Below the pieces are notes generated by a model. That model was given only the letters and a program-made list of their open reading frames with translations, searched no databases and was not told the DNA's origin. DNA of 64,000 nucleotides from a virus: IMG/VR virus record IMGVR_UViG_3300045988_149624; one strand, 5' to 3'. Both the position numbers and the translations under genes were made by a program. Positions 28,166 through 37,246 of the stretch are shown one piece after another. The first letter of the stretch is position 1, and each line of letters begins with the position of its first letter.

Positions 28166-29737
28166 ATGAATAAATTAATCAAATATTTTAATGAAAATTA
28201 TGGGAAAGAATATGGAAAAATCTCTTATCCAAGAACAACAATTCAAATATATAGAGCGTATCAAGCCATAAAGAGTTACGGTATAGATGATGAAAAGTTG
28301 ATAAGTTTATTACACGACATTAAACTTCCTCAGCCTAAAACAATAGAAGAAAAAGAATTATATGCCGATTGTTTATATGATTTAGATGATAGCGAATTAT
28401 TAATGGGAGTCCCTTATACACAAAAGATAAAAATTTTGGAAAATTCAATTCCTGTAGAACAATATAATGGGAATTATGGTTATCGCTCTAATACTTTTGA
28501 TTATAATATAAAAAATTTAAATATTAAAAATCCATCACATATAGAAATAGATATTTATTATGGGGAAAATTTAAATACAGAAATAGAAGAAAGCGATTAT
28601 CATTTCAACGGAGTTTTACTTTTGAAAGAAAGTAACGATAGTACTTATGACTTTTGGTTTCCTGCGTTAGAAATAAAAAATGATGACTATGGGGATTCTT
28701 CAATATATTTAGTATTGTGGATATATAAACATGGAGGGAAAATAGCAGTAAGTCATAGACTTCATGATGATACATATATTTCTATGTTTTTTATTAAAAA
28801 AATATCTTTAAGTTTTTACGAAAATAAAGGAGGCACAATTCAAGCACCTCAAATTGGAAGCGTAGATGCCAGAGCTTTAATTAACAAAGAAGATGGATTG
28901 AGTGATTACGCCACATCTTCTAATCCTGTATTTACAGGAAAAGTAGTTCAATATAAGGATAATGCCCAATCTTATGAGGGAGGGAATGGTAGTGCTAGAT
29001 TTGGATATAGTAGTTCAGGAGAAAACAGTTTCTCAAGTAACTGGGGTTCTGCATCTGAAAAGTATAGTTTTGCAGCAAATACAGCGTGTGCTTTTGGAGA
29101 AGGTTGCTTTGCTATTGGTAAGGGCACTCATGCTTGGGGAGAGAATCAATTTGTATTTGGTTCTAATAATATATATGATAAAAAAAATAAATATATGTGT
29201 ATAGCAGGGAATGGAATAGATGCAGATAATACCAGTAATGCTTATACGTTAGACTGGAATGGTAATGCTTGGTATAAAGGTAATATAAGTATAGATGGCG
29301 CTCCAACTAATGACAAAGATTTAACTACAAAAAAATATGTAGATGATTATTTAAGTCCTTTAGTGAAAAAAGTCGGAGAAGTTACAACTCAAGTAGCACA
29401 AGAACACGTTCCAACTGCAACAACTACATATCTAAATAATATGTTTAATTTAGTTGAAATACCTATAACAAATTCTACTTTAACATTAACTTCTGCTAGA
29501 AATCAAACTCCTACTGGTGGAGTAATGGTTGATGGAACTACTATTGTATTACCTGAAATAGATTATTTTACAGAAATACATTTATTTTTTAAAGCAGATG
29601 CAAATATGAATTTAACATTACCCGATATTAAATATCAAATGACTACGGATATAGTTGGAGGTAAAATATATGAATTTATCTTTACTCATTTGAATGGATT
29701 AAATGAATGGATAGGAGGATATGTAGCTTATGTGTAG
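28166..29737 (+). CDS. 523-aa tail fibre with shared N-terminal module and YadA-head-like (Hep_Hag-type) repeats
   Basis: Family N-terminus is MNKLIKYFNENYGKEYGKISYPRTTIQIYRAYQAIKSYGIDDEKLISLLHDIKLPQPKT. It also has NPVFTGKV, the repeats GENSFSSNWGSASEKYSFAANTACAFGEGCFAIGKGTHAWGENQFVFG, and NAYTLDWNGNAWYKGNISIDGAPTNDKDLTTKKYVDD, which is shared with ORF 35945. Confidence 0.75.
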   Translation: MNKLIKYFNENYGKEYGKISYPRTTIQIYRAYQAIKSYGIDDEKLISLLHDIKLPQPKTIEEKELYADCLYDLDDSELLMGVPYTQKIKILENSIPVEQYNGNYGYRSNTFDYNIKNLNIKNPSHIEIDIYYGENLNTEIEESDYHFNGVLLLKESNDSTYDFWFPALEIKNDDYGDSSIYLVLWIYKHGGKIAVSHRLHDDTYISMFFIKKISLSFYENKGGTIQAPQIGSVDARALINKEDGLSDYATSSNPVFTGKVVQYKDNAQSYEGGNGSARFGYSSSGENSFSSNWGSASEKYSFAANTACAFGEGCFAIGKGTHAWGENQFVFGSNNIYDKKNKYMCIAGNGIDADNTSNAYTLDWNGNAWYKGNISIDGAPTNDKDLTTKKYVDDYLSPLVKKVGEVTTQVAQEHVPTATTTYLNNMFNLVEIPITNSTLTLTSARNQTPTGGVMVDGTTIVLPEIDYFTEIHLFFKADANMNLTLPDIKYQMTTDIVGGKIYEFIFTHLNGLNEWIGGYVAYV

Positions 29738-30146
29738 GCTAAATTTAATGATGTATAACCCTAAAAGAGTTCCTAAAATGAGTGCCAAACTTGAAGCAGA
29801 TGGAAATAAAATATATTTCTATGGTATATTTAATGACTTTAAAAATAAAGATAAATATTATTTTAAAGAAGTTAAGCATGGAATAATTTATATTAATTCT
29901 ACAAGAATCACTGATAAAGGAAGCTTAACTGACGAGACTGAAGGTAGGACAAGAGTAAATTTTGGAACATATAAAGAAGATGGAAGTGTTAAATATAGTA
30001 TGAAACCTTATAATAAATCGTTGAATTATTTGGCAGTTGCTTTTTGTTCTTATGTAGATGAAGATGGTAAAACAAAATATGCCTATTCGGATGTGGTAGA
30101 AGGTAATGCAACAGATGGATTCGTTCAAAGATATCCTCATAAATAA
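29730..30146 (+). CDS. 138-aa hypothetical protein
   Basis: The ORF overlaps the fibre gene end by 8 nt, with GGAGGA 10 nt upstream. No motif was recognised. A terminator follows. Confidence 0.5.
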   Translation: MCRLNLMMYNPKRVPKMSAKLEADGNKIYFYGIFNDFKNKDKYYFKEVKHGIIYINSTRITDKGSLTDETEGRTRVNFGTYKEDGSVKYSMKPYNKSLNYLAVAFCSYVDEDGKTKYAYSDVVEGNATDGFVQRYPHK

Positions 30147-30169
30147 AATTTTATAAAATATAATAATTT

Positions 30170-30197
30170 AGAGTAGGGACTTCCCTACTCTTTTTTA
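30170..30197 (+). terminator. rho-independent terminator (cassette copy 2)
   Basis: AGAGTAGGG-ACTT-CCCTACTCT is followed by T6. Its stem is identical to that at 27324. Confidence 0.8.
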
Positions 30198-30220
30198 TTA
30201 AATACAAGGAGATGTAAAAT

Positions 30221-30484
30221 ATGGATAACAAAAATAAGGTTAAGAAAAAACGTAGTACTAGAAAGTGGGTAATACCTTTAGTAATCACATCTATATTTGC
30301 TTTCACAGGTATTGCGATATGGTTACAATATGCTACTAGCACAGAGTTATCTTCAACTTTAATAACTTGTTTCTACGGATTTTGTGGTGGTGAGCTTTGG
30401 CTATTAGCATCTATCACAAAAACAAAAACAAAGAATAATAATAGTGAAAATATAAATACTGATGATTCAGAAGGAGAGGAATAA
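30221..30484 (+). CDS. putative holin (2 TM, charged C-terminus)
   Basis: An 87-aa protein with a basic N-terminus (KVKKKRSTRK) and two TM segments (WVIPLVITSIFAFTGIAIWLQY and LITCFYGFCGGELWLLASI). The tail is acidic (DDSEGEE). RBS CAAGGAGA is present. Confidence 0.55.
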   Translation: MDNKNKVKKKRSTRKWVIPLVITSIFAFTGIAIWLQYATSTELSSTLITCFYGFCGGELWLLASITKTKTKNNNSENINTDDSEGEE

Positions 30485-30487
30485 AAA

Positions 30488-30823
30488 ATGGATGTTCAAA
30501 CTATTTTAATATCATTTATAATATCTATAGCTGTTATATATACAGTATACAAATTTATTAGTTTAAGTAAAGAAAGACAAGTAGAAAATATCAAACAATG
30601 GCTTATATTTGCCTGTCTTGAAGCTGAAAAAATGTTAGGCAGTAAAACAGGTAAAGTAAAATTAAGATATGTGTATGATTTATTTGTTAGCAAATATAAA
30701 TTTATATCTTGTCTTATCCCATTTGATACTTTTAGTAAATGGGTAGATGACTCATTAATAGATATGAGAAATATGATAAACACTAATAAAGCTATCAAAA
30801 AGATAGTAGAGGGAGTTGATTAA
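30488..30823 (+). CDS. LL-H-family-like holin / lysis accessory protein
   Basis: N-terminal TM segment is ILISFIISIAVIYTVYKFI. It is followed by WLIFACLEAEKMLGSKTGKVKLRYVYDLFVSKY, the pattern I recall for the LL-H holin family (PF09682). Confidence 0.5.
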   Translation: MDVQTILISFIISIAVIYTVYKFISLSKERQVENIKQWLIFACLEAEKMLGSKTGKVKLRYVYDLFVSKYKFISCLIPFDTFSKWVDDSLIDMRNMINTNKAIKKIVEGVD

Positions 30824-33800
30824 ATGAATGAATTAATAAAATATTTTAATGAAGAATATAGTAAAGAATACGGAAAGGTTTCTTATCCTAGAACTACTCT
30901 ACAAATATATAGAGTATATCAAGCTATAAAATCTTATGGAATAAATGATGATAAATTGGTTGAGTTGCTACATAACGTAAAATTACCTAAACCTAAAAAT
31001 ACAGAAGAATGGGAGTTATATGTTTATTGTTTATATAATATGGATGATAGTGAATCAGAAAGAAAGATTAAAGATATTTCGAACAAACTAGAAATACTTC
31101 CTGTAAAAAATACACATCAGGTTATCCGAGATGGAGTACCAGTTTCTCAACAAAATATAACTTTAGATGGAAATAACTATAAAGCATATATATTTAATGA
31201 CGAACAAATAACAATACCAGACAGCTTAGTATTAGAAGATTTTGAAAATAAGTTTTTAGCCATAGCTTCTCACTCTAAAGGAGTGTTAAATGCCGTCATT
31301 TCATATAATGATGGTGTAAATGATATAACAAAAGAAATAGAATTGACACGTGACGAAAATTTTACTTCAAACTATTTTGATTATAGTGACTATACTGAAT
31401 CTAGTATATTGAATATAACATTTGGATTTGACTATGGTATTAACAAATTTTTTATATACGTTTATTATATGAAACAACCTATGAAATCTCCGATTTTTTA
31501 TGAGGTGAAAAAAGTTTCACTTTCATATTCGTATATTACCAACTTACTAGATGACGATTATTTAAAAAGTATTGATTATTCTAAAATTAATAATGTCCCT
31601 TATAAGTTAACTGCTCTTGTAGAGGGTTCAACAAAAACACTAAAGACTGGGGAATATGCATCTTTATTCGATAATTTATTTATTTGGGATGCCAATAAAA
31701 TAAATGAACGATTAGATGATACAAGTGGAGTAAAAAAGAATGAATATTATGAGCATAATATAAAAGTTAAACAAAAAGATAGTGAAGGAATAGGTTACGG
31801 TCAATATATTCCAGCCGAGTCCATGTCTGAATATAAATTATTTATTAAAGCTGGTCCCGATGTTATAGTAAGGGTTTACCAACATAAAACAAAACAATTA
31901 TTAAATAAAATAAAAGATTTCCCTCTTGGAGAATACAAAGAAATTATGGTAAGAGACGGCTTAAATAGAAGTGACGGAATATTTATTGCTTTTACTGTCA
32001 AAGATGATGTAACAGATTTTTATGCTAATACTTATGTTAGTGATTTAGTTTTATGTAAATCAGATGGATTTTTAACTAAACAAGAAGTAGATAATAAAGT
32101 TGATAAAGTAGAAGGCAAAGGATTATCTACAGTAGATTTTACTACTGCTTATGAAACTAAACTTAAAGGATTGTCTAATTATAATGATACAATTATTAAA
32201 AACGATATACAAACAATTAATACACAATTAGGAGATATTGCGAACACAGGTAAATTGACAGATTTAAATACAACTGAAAAATCTAGCATTGTCGGTGCAA
32301 TAAATGAGGTTTTTCAAAATGCCAGTAATGGTAAAACTTTAATTGCTCAAGCTATTACTGGCAAAGGTGTATCAACGAGTAATACAGATACATTTCAAAC
32401 TATGGCAACTAATATAAACAGTATACAGACAGTTTCTGATGCGAGTGGCATTATATTTACTTTAAATAATAAAAAATACAAGCTATCCAAAAACGATAAA
32501 GGAGAATATATTGCCACTTTATTAGCTTATTCCGTAACAAGTAATTTAACTCACTGCACTTTAGATAATACTAATACTTCTATTGATTATGGAAATAAAT
32601 ATACTTGTAATATTTCGGTAAACAAAGGTTTTATTATAGATTCTGTCGTTATTACTATGGGTGGAACAGATGTAACCAGTACTGTTTTAAAAGGTAACAT
32701 TATTACTATAAATTCTGTTACAGGGGATGTTATTATAACTGTGAATTGTGTTGAAGAACCAGCTAACCCTGTTTATGGAAATATAAAGGCAACTCCTAAC
32801 TATACTTTTAAAATAAATGAAATTAAAGGAAAACTTGACCCCGATTTACAGGTTAGCTTAGCAACAGCTCCTAACTTAAACCAAACAATTACTATAACAA
32901 ATAATACTCCCGAATATATTACAATATCTCCTAACACTCTTACTTTTACTCCCGATAATTATTCAGTACCACAAAAAGTTAGTATTTCACCTATAAGAAA
33001 AAATAATGATTATTTAGATAGACGTGGTGAATTAGTATTAAGTAGTAAGGGGGTTACTGATTATACAGCTAAATGTACTATAATTAATACAGATAATTAC
33101 ATCCATCCCTCAAATTGTACTTTAAGTGATAAAGTACTTGATATACACGCTTATGGATTAAATAGTGTTCCTACAACATTGGAATCAAGTGTTAATAATA
33201 TTTCCTGTGCAGTTACACCAATTTCCAATGAAGGTGACGATAATGTTAGTAAAGCTACAGCTAATGGATTACAATATGTAACTATTGATGTTCCTAGTTT
33301 AAAACCATATCTTAATGAGTCTAAAGGCATAACTGCTATTTATGTTAGTATGGGGTATCCTTTTGTAGATAAGAATTTAAACTCTTATCTTAATTTGTTA
33401 GGTATTAATTCTACTAAAATGAATAATTCATCATATCTATTTGGTTATACAAAAAAACCTTCTACAAAAGGGTATGAAGCTTTAAACTCATATTTTTATA
33501 CTTCATTTAATGAAAAGACTACAAGTGCCGATTTACATTTTAATGTATTTATGTTTAATCCTTCTGATGCACCTGTCGGAATTACTTATATGATTGATGA
33601 TACTAATTATACAAGCATAGGAAGTACTGGTTGGTTTGATTATGGTAAGGATTTAACTAGCAAAATTAGTTCTTATAAAAATGTATCTAAAGAATCGAAC
33701 ACAACTTTTGTTGCATATCAAGTATATAACGGAATACTTAGTTTAGATGATATAAATACTATTAAAAATGGGATATTGGAAAATTTAGTTCCTAGTGAGG

Positions 33801-35839
33801 TTACAAATACAATAGACAACATGACTGTAAACGTTGGCGATACTATATTATCTACAGCTACTGTTCTTCCTACTGCATTAGAACCGATGTGTACTAAATC
33901 TATAACATTAAAGGATGATAAACTTATAAAAAATAAAAATGAGGTAATTGCCAAAGCAGAGGGTCAATCTTCTTTTACTACAACTATTTCTAAACCTCTC
34001 GCAGGTGGAAAAACTTATGATTATAATTTTGATACTAATGTAACTATAGCCCCAAGTTATATAAAGGATTTAACTGTTACCAAAGCAGAAGAAGGTGTAG
34101 TTATATCTAATCCTATTAGTGAATTAACTGTAGGGCAAGAATATTTATTGATTGGAACAACACTTCCACCTCGTTTTGATGAAGAAAATATTGTTTATTA
34201 TGAATCATCTAATATAGAAGTTGCTAGAGTTAGATATGGGCTTGTAGAGGCGTTAAAGGAAGGTTCTTGCACTATAACTGCTTATAATCATGATAAGACA
34301 TATAGTTACCAAATGCCTCTTACTATAAAACCTAAAAAAGAACGTATTTTTACAAATATAAAAACTATCAATCCTTCTGATTATTCTTTTAGTGCTACTG
34401 ATTATGAAGGTAATTATAGATTAATGAAACAAATTATAGAAGAGGATAGTGCTGGTTATGATAAAGTTGTTTTTCCTAAAGGTTCTGTTTTTAAATTAAA
34501 AATGCCTCTAGGTACTACATATAATGAAGATGGTAGTGTTAATAGTTATCAAGCAGAAAGTAGTATAATTCCTAACAGTAATACGGTTTATGATTTTAAT
34601 AATTCTCGTATCGAAATGCAATTCTCTGAATATTTATCATTGGATTCAGTTTATAAAGATGGAATAAAAGTTACGCGTGGATATAATTTGTTTAATTTTA
34701 CAACCAAAGATAACCCAGAATCTTCTATTGGACAATATCAAACGGTTCTTGAAGACTCCGAAATACGAAATTTAACTATAGTAGGTGAAAGACAATTATT
34801 CCCCGAACAATATAATGATAGTGATGGTGGTTGGCAAATACGTTATGTGAATTTTGCTACTTGTAAAAGATGTGGTATAGTTAATTGTGACATTGGTTGG
34901 TGTACTGGATTTAATATAGGAAGTGTTCATGGGCAACAATCATGGTCACCTATTATACAGGGAAGTCATATTGAATGGGGAGCAATAAATTATGAAACTG
35001 GTGAAGATGATACTACAACTTATACAGATAGGGTTAGAATTAAAAAGGCTAATATTTGTCAGTTACATAAACGAGTTATAAATAAATATACTAATGACAA
35101 TAGTTATTCTGTCGGCATATGGGCTGGATATTTAGGTTATGATTATATGGGAGCTAGATTTTATGATATATTCTTTTATAAACATGATGAGGCTACTGAT
35201 ACATATGAGTATCTTGGTTGTCATAAATATGAATATTTATATGGTATATATGAATTTCCTAAAGATGCTACTCATTGTAGACTTGTGTTTTATCAAAAAC
35301 GTCTACCCCCTAGTGGTGGATTAAATTATTTAGGTGGTGGAATAATGATGATAACACATCTTCCAACAAGTGTTGATTGTTATATTGAGAATTGTTATAT
35401 ACACGATAATTATGCTAGTGGATTTGCTTGTTGTGGTGGACAGAGATTCTTAGTTAAAAATTGTAAATTTGAACGTAATTATGGAAGAGATGGATTAGGT
35501 TGTCATGTAGATTTTGAAGATGGTAGAGAAGGTGCAAACTGTTGTATAGTTAGTAACTGTACTTTTGACGATAACTATTACGGATTTATAATGCCTTCGG
35601 GATTATACGAAGTATTACATGATAATGAATTTAATGGTTGTGGTGTAAAAACAACAACTGAAAGTATTTTGATGTTTAATAATATTCATAAAAATACGCA
35701 TTTTACTAGACAAGAAATAGGCGAGGCTATTGTAGCAAATAGTATTTTTAGTAATGTTACTATGAATGAAGTTGCTAGAAGTGATTGGGAAAAGGATTAT
35801 AAGTGGAAAATGCACATGATTAATAATCATATGATATAA
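30824..35839 (+). CDS. 1671-aa tailspike/depolymerase-type protein with shared N-terminal module, Big_2-like domains and C-terminal right-handed beta-helix
   Basis: Family N-terminus is MNELIKYFNEEYSKEYGKVSYPRTTLQIYRVYQAIKSYGINDDKLVELLHNVKLPKPKN. Fibre motif KVDKVEGKGLSTVDFTTAYETKLKGL is present. Big_2-like segments (MTVNVGDTILSTATVLP..., LTVGQEYLLIGTTLPP...VEALKEGSCTITAYN) span about nt 33800-34320. Beta-helix repeats (NCYIHDNYASGFACCGGQRFLVKNCKFERNYGRDGLGCHVDFEDGREGANCCIVSNCTFDDNYYGF) span about nt 35380-35600. Confidence 0.8.
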   Translation: MNELIKYFNEEYSKEYGKVSYPRTTLQIYRVYQAIKSYGINDDKLVELLHNVKLPKPKNTEEWELYVYCLYNMDDSESERKIKDISNKLEILPVKNTHQVIRDGVPVSQQNITLDGNNYKAYIFNDEQITIPDSLVLEDFENKFLAIASHSKGVLNAVISYNDGVNDITKEIELTRDENFTSNYFDYSDYTESSILNITFGFDYGINKFFIYVYYMKQPMKSPIFYEVKKVSLSYSYITNLLDDDYLKSIDYSKINNVPYKLTALVEGSTKTLKTGEYASLFDNLFIWDANKINERLDDTSGVKKNEYYEHNIKVKQKDSEGIGYGQYIPAESMSEYKLFIKAGPDVIVRVYQHKTKQLLNKIKDFPLGEYKEIMVRDGLNRSDGIFIAFTVKDDVTDFYANTYVSDLVLCKSDGFLTKQEVDNKVDKVEGKGLSTVDFTTAYETKLKGLSNYNDTIIKNDIQTINTQLGDIANTGKLTDLNTTEKSSIVGAINEVFQNASNGKTLIAQAITGKGVSTSNTDTFQTMATNINSIQTVSDASGIIFTLNNKKYKLSKNDKGEYIATLLAYSVTSNLTHCTLDNTNTSIDYGNKYTCNISVNKGFIIDSVVITMGGTDVTSTVLKGNIITINSVTGDVIITVNCVEEPANPVYGNIKATPNYTFKINEIKGKLDPDLQVSLATAPNLNQTITITNNTPEYITISPNTLTFTPDNYSVPQKVSISPIRKNNDYLDRRGELVLSSKGVTDYTAKCTIINTDNYIHPSNCTLSDKVLDIHAYGLNSVPTTLESSVNNISCAVTPISNEGDDNVSKATANGLQYVTIDVPSLKPYLNESKGITAIYVSMGYPFVDKNLNSYLNLLGINSTKMNNSSYLFGYTKKPSTKGYEALNSYFYTSFNEKTTSADLHFNVFMFNPSDAPVGITYMIDDTNYTSIGSTGWFDYGKDLTSKISSYKNVSKESNTTFVAYQVYNGILSLDDINTIKNGILENLVPSEVTNTIDNMTVNVGDTILSTATVLPTALEPMCTKSITLKDDKLIKNKNEVIAKAEGQSSFTTTISKPLAGGKTYDYNFDTNVTIAPSYIKDLTVTKAEEGVVISNPISELTVGQEYLLIGTTLPPRFDEENIVYYESSNIEVARVRYGLVEALKEGSCTITAYNHDKTYSYQMPLTIKPKKERIFTNIKTINPSDYSFSATDYEGNYRLMKQIIEEDSAGYDKVVFPKGSVFKLKMPLGTTYNEDGSVNSYQAESSIIPNSNTVYDFNNSRIEMQFSEYLSLDSVYKDGIKVTRGYNLFNFTTKDNPESSIGQYQTVLEDSEIRNLTIVGERQLFPEQYNDSDGGWQIRYVNFATCKRCGIVNCDIGWCTGFNIGSVHGQQSWSPIIQGSHIEWGAINYETGEDDTTTYTDRVRIKKANICQLHKRVINKYTNDNSYSVGIWAGYLGYDYMGARFYDIFFYKHDEATDTYEYLGCHKYEYLYGIYEFPKDATHCRLVFYQKRLPPSGGLNYLGGGIMMITHLPTSVDCYIENCYIHDNYASGFACCGGQRFLVKNCKFERNYGRDGLGCHVDFEDGREGANCCIVSNCTFDDNYYGFIMPSGLYEVLHDNEFNGCGVKTTTESILMFNNIHKNTHFTRQEIGEAIVANSIFSNVTMNEVARSDWEKDYKWKMHMINNHMI

Positions 35840-35886
35840 ATTCGTAATTTAAAAATATTACGAAATTATTTATCAAACTGAAATTC

Positions 35887-35912
35887 AAGAGTGGTAACAA
35901 ACTGCCACTCTT
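35887..35912 (+). terminator. weak terminator-like hairpin
   Basis: AAGAGTGG-10 nt-CCACTCTT is an 8-bp stem with no clear T-run. A second hairpin, TTCGTAAT-N8-ATTACGAA, lies at 35841-35864. Confidence 0.35.
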
Positions 35913-35944
35913 ATCATACAAAAATCAATAAAGGAGTTGATTAA

Positions 35945-36874
35945 ATGAATAAACTAATTGAGTTTTTCAATGAAAAATACGGAGACAAATATGGGAAGAT
36001 TCCTTATCCAAGAACAACAATGCAGATATATAGAGTATATCAGTCTATAAAAAGTTATGGGATAAAGGATGAAGAGTTAGTTAAATTGTTACATAATATT
36101 AAATTACCTAAACCAAAATCTATAGAAGAAAAAGAGTTATATACAGATTGTTTATACAACAAAGATGATAGTGAGATGGTAATAGATACAAGTAATTTAA
36201 TTTCTAAAGAAAACCCTGTATTTACTGGTAGTATGAGTATGAATAGGAAAGAAGGGGCAACTATAGGAGAATATAGCGTTGCTATCGGGAAAACTGTTGA
36301 AGCGTCAGGAGAATGTTCTTATGCAGAAGGTAAGAATACAACTGCTAGTGGATGGAGTTCTCATGCAGAAGGAGAGGAAACGAAAGCTAAGGGGCAAACT
36401 TCCCACGCAGAAGGAGATAATTCAATCGCTGAAGGCATAAGTTCCCACGCAGAAGGCAGTTATGCAGTTGCCAGTGGAATAACTTCTCATGCAGAAGGAG
36501 AGGGAACAAAAGCTTATGGAAAATCATCTCATGCAGAAGGTAGTTTTACAACTGCCTCTTCAAATTATCAACACGTTCAGGGTAAATATAATATAGAAGA
36601 TAAAAGTAATAAATATGCCCATATAGTTGGTAATGGTAAAAGTGGTATGGAAAGAAGTAATGCACATACATTAGACTGGGAAGGTAATGGTTGGTATGCT
36701 GGTAAATTATCTCAAGAAGGTACGCCTACCGAAGATAAAGATTTAGTTACTAAAAAATATGCAGATGCTTCTTTAGAAAATAAAGTAGATAAATCTCAAT
36801 TATCATTTAATTCTGACGGAGAACTTGTTGTAACTATAGATGGAATTAGTAAAACATTCGTACCTAAAGCCTAA
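35945..36874 (+). CDS. 309-aa tail fibre with shared N-terminal module and Hep_Hag-type heptad repeats
   Basis: Family N-terminus is MNKLIEFFNEKYGDKYGKIPYPRTTMQIYRVYQSIKSYGIKDEELVKLLHNIKLPKPKS. NPVFTGSMS is followed by SSHAEGEETKAKGQTSHAEGDNSIAEGISSHAEGSYAVASGITSHAEGEGTKAYGKSSHAEG. NAHTLDWEGNGWYAGKLSQEGTPTEDKDLVTKKYAD is also present. Confidence 0.8.
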   Translation: MNKLIEFFNEKYGDKYGKIPYPRTTMQIYRVYQSIKSYGIKDEELVKLLHNIKLPKPKSIEEKELYTDCLYNKDDSEMVIDTSNLISKENPVFTGSMSMNRKEGATIGEYSVAIGKTVEASGECSYAEGKNTTASGWSSHAEGEETKAKGQTSHAEGDNSIAEGISSHAEGSYAVASGITSHAEGEGTKAYGKSSHAEGSFTTASSNYQHVQGKYNIEDKSNKYAHIVGNGKSGMERSNAHTLDWEGNGWYAGKLSQEGTPTEDKDLVTKKYADASLENKVDKSQLSFNSDGELVVTIDGISKTFVPKA

Positions 36875-36906
36875 TTTAAATTCACAATTTTAAAAAAAAT
36901 AAACAC

Positions 36907-36935
36907 TTGACAACGTTATTACAAAGTAATATAAT
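36907..36935 (+). promoter_or_regulatory. consensus sigma-A-type promoter
   Basis: TTGACA (36907-36912), an exact 17-nt spacer, then TATAAT (36930-36935). The spacer sequence resembles that of the minus-strand promoter family. Confidence 0.75.
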
Positions 36936-36962
36936 ATTCTTATAAGATTGGAGGATATTAAA

Positions 36963-37016
36963 ATGAATAATAAAAAAATGATAAAAGAAATACTAAAGAA
37001 AATATTGAAGGCATAA
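36963..37016 (+). CDS. 17-codon ORF (MNNKKMIKEILKKILKA) between a consensus promoter and a terminator
   Basis: GGAGGA lies 7 nt upstream of the ATG. The peptide is basic and amphipathic. The unit is closed by the terminator at 37097. It may be coding or may be part of a small RNA. Confidence 0.35.
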   Translation: MNNKKMIKEILKKILKA

Positions 37017-37096
37017 TTTTTAAATATAATAAATATTTTAATATATAAATGCGAATAATATAGATAAGTTATTCTATTTGTATTATTTATGGATTA

Positions 37097-37130
37097 CCCT
37101 CTAGTCTTATGGCTAGGGGGTTGTTTTTAT
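37097..37130 (+). terminator. rho-independent terminator
   Basis: CCCTCTAG-8 nt-CTAGGGGG (one G.U pair) is followed by TTGTTTTTATTT. Confidence 0.65.
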
Positions 37131-37135
37131 TTATA

Positions 37136-37228
37136 GTCCATTTTAAGTGGAAAATTTTTAAAAAGTAGTTGTATTTTTGTAATATTTATCATATAATAAT
37201 ATCAGAAAGGGCAAAAAGTCCACTTTAA
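37136..37228 (+). promoter_or_regulatory. parM promoter flanked by two GTCCAYTTTAA boxes (candidate parC/ParR operator)
   Basis: GTCCATTTTAA (37136-37146) and GTCCACTTTAA (37218-37228) bracket TTGTAT (37169-37174), a 17-nt spacer and TATAAT (37192-37197). Confidence 0.5.
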
Positions 37229-37246
37229 ATGATATGGAGGGTTAAT

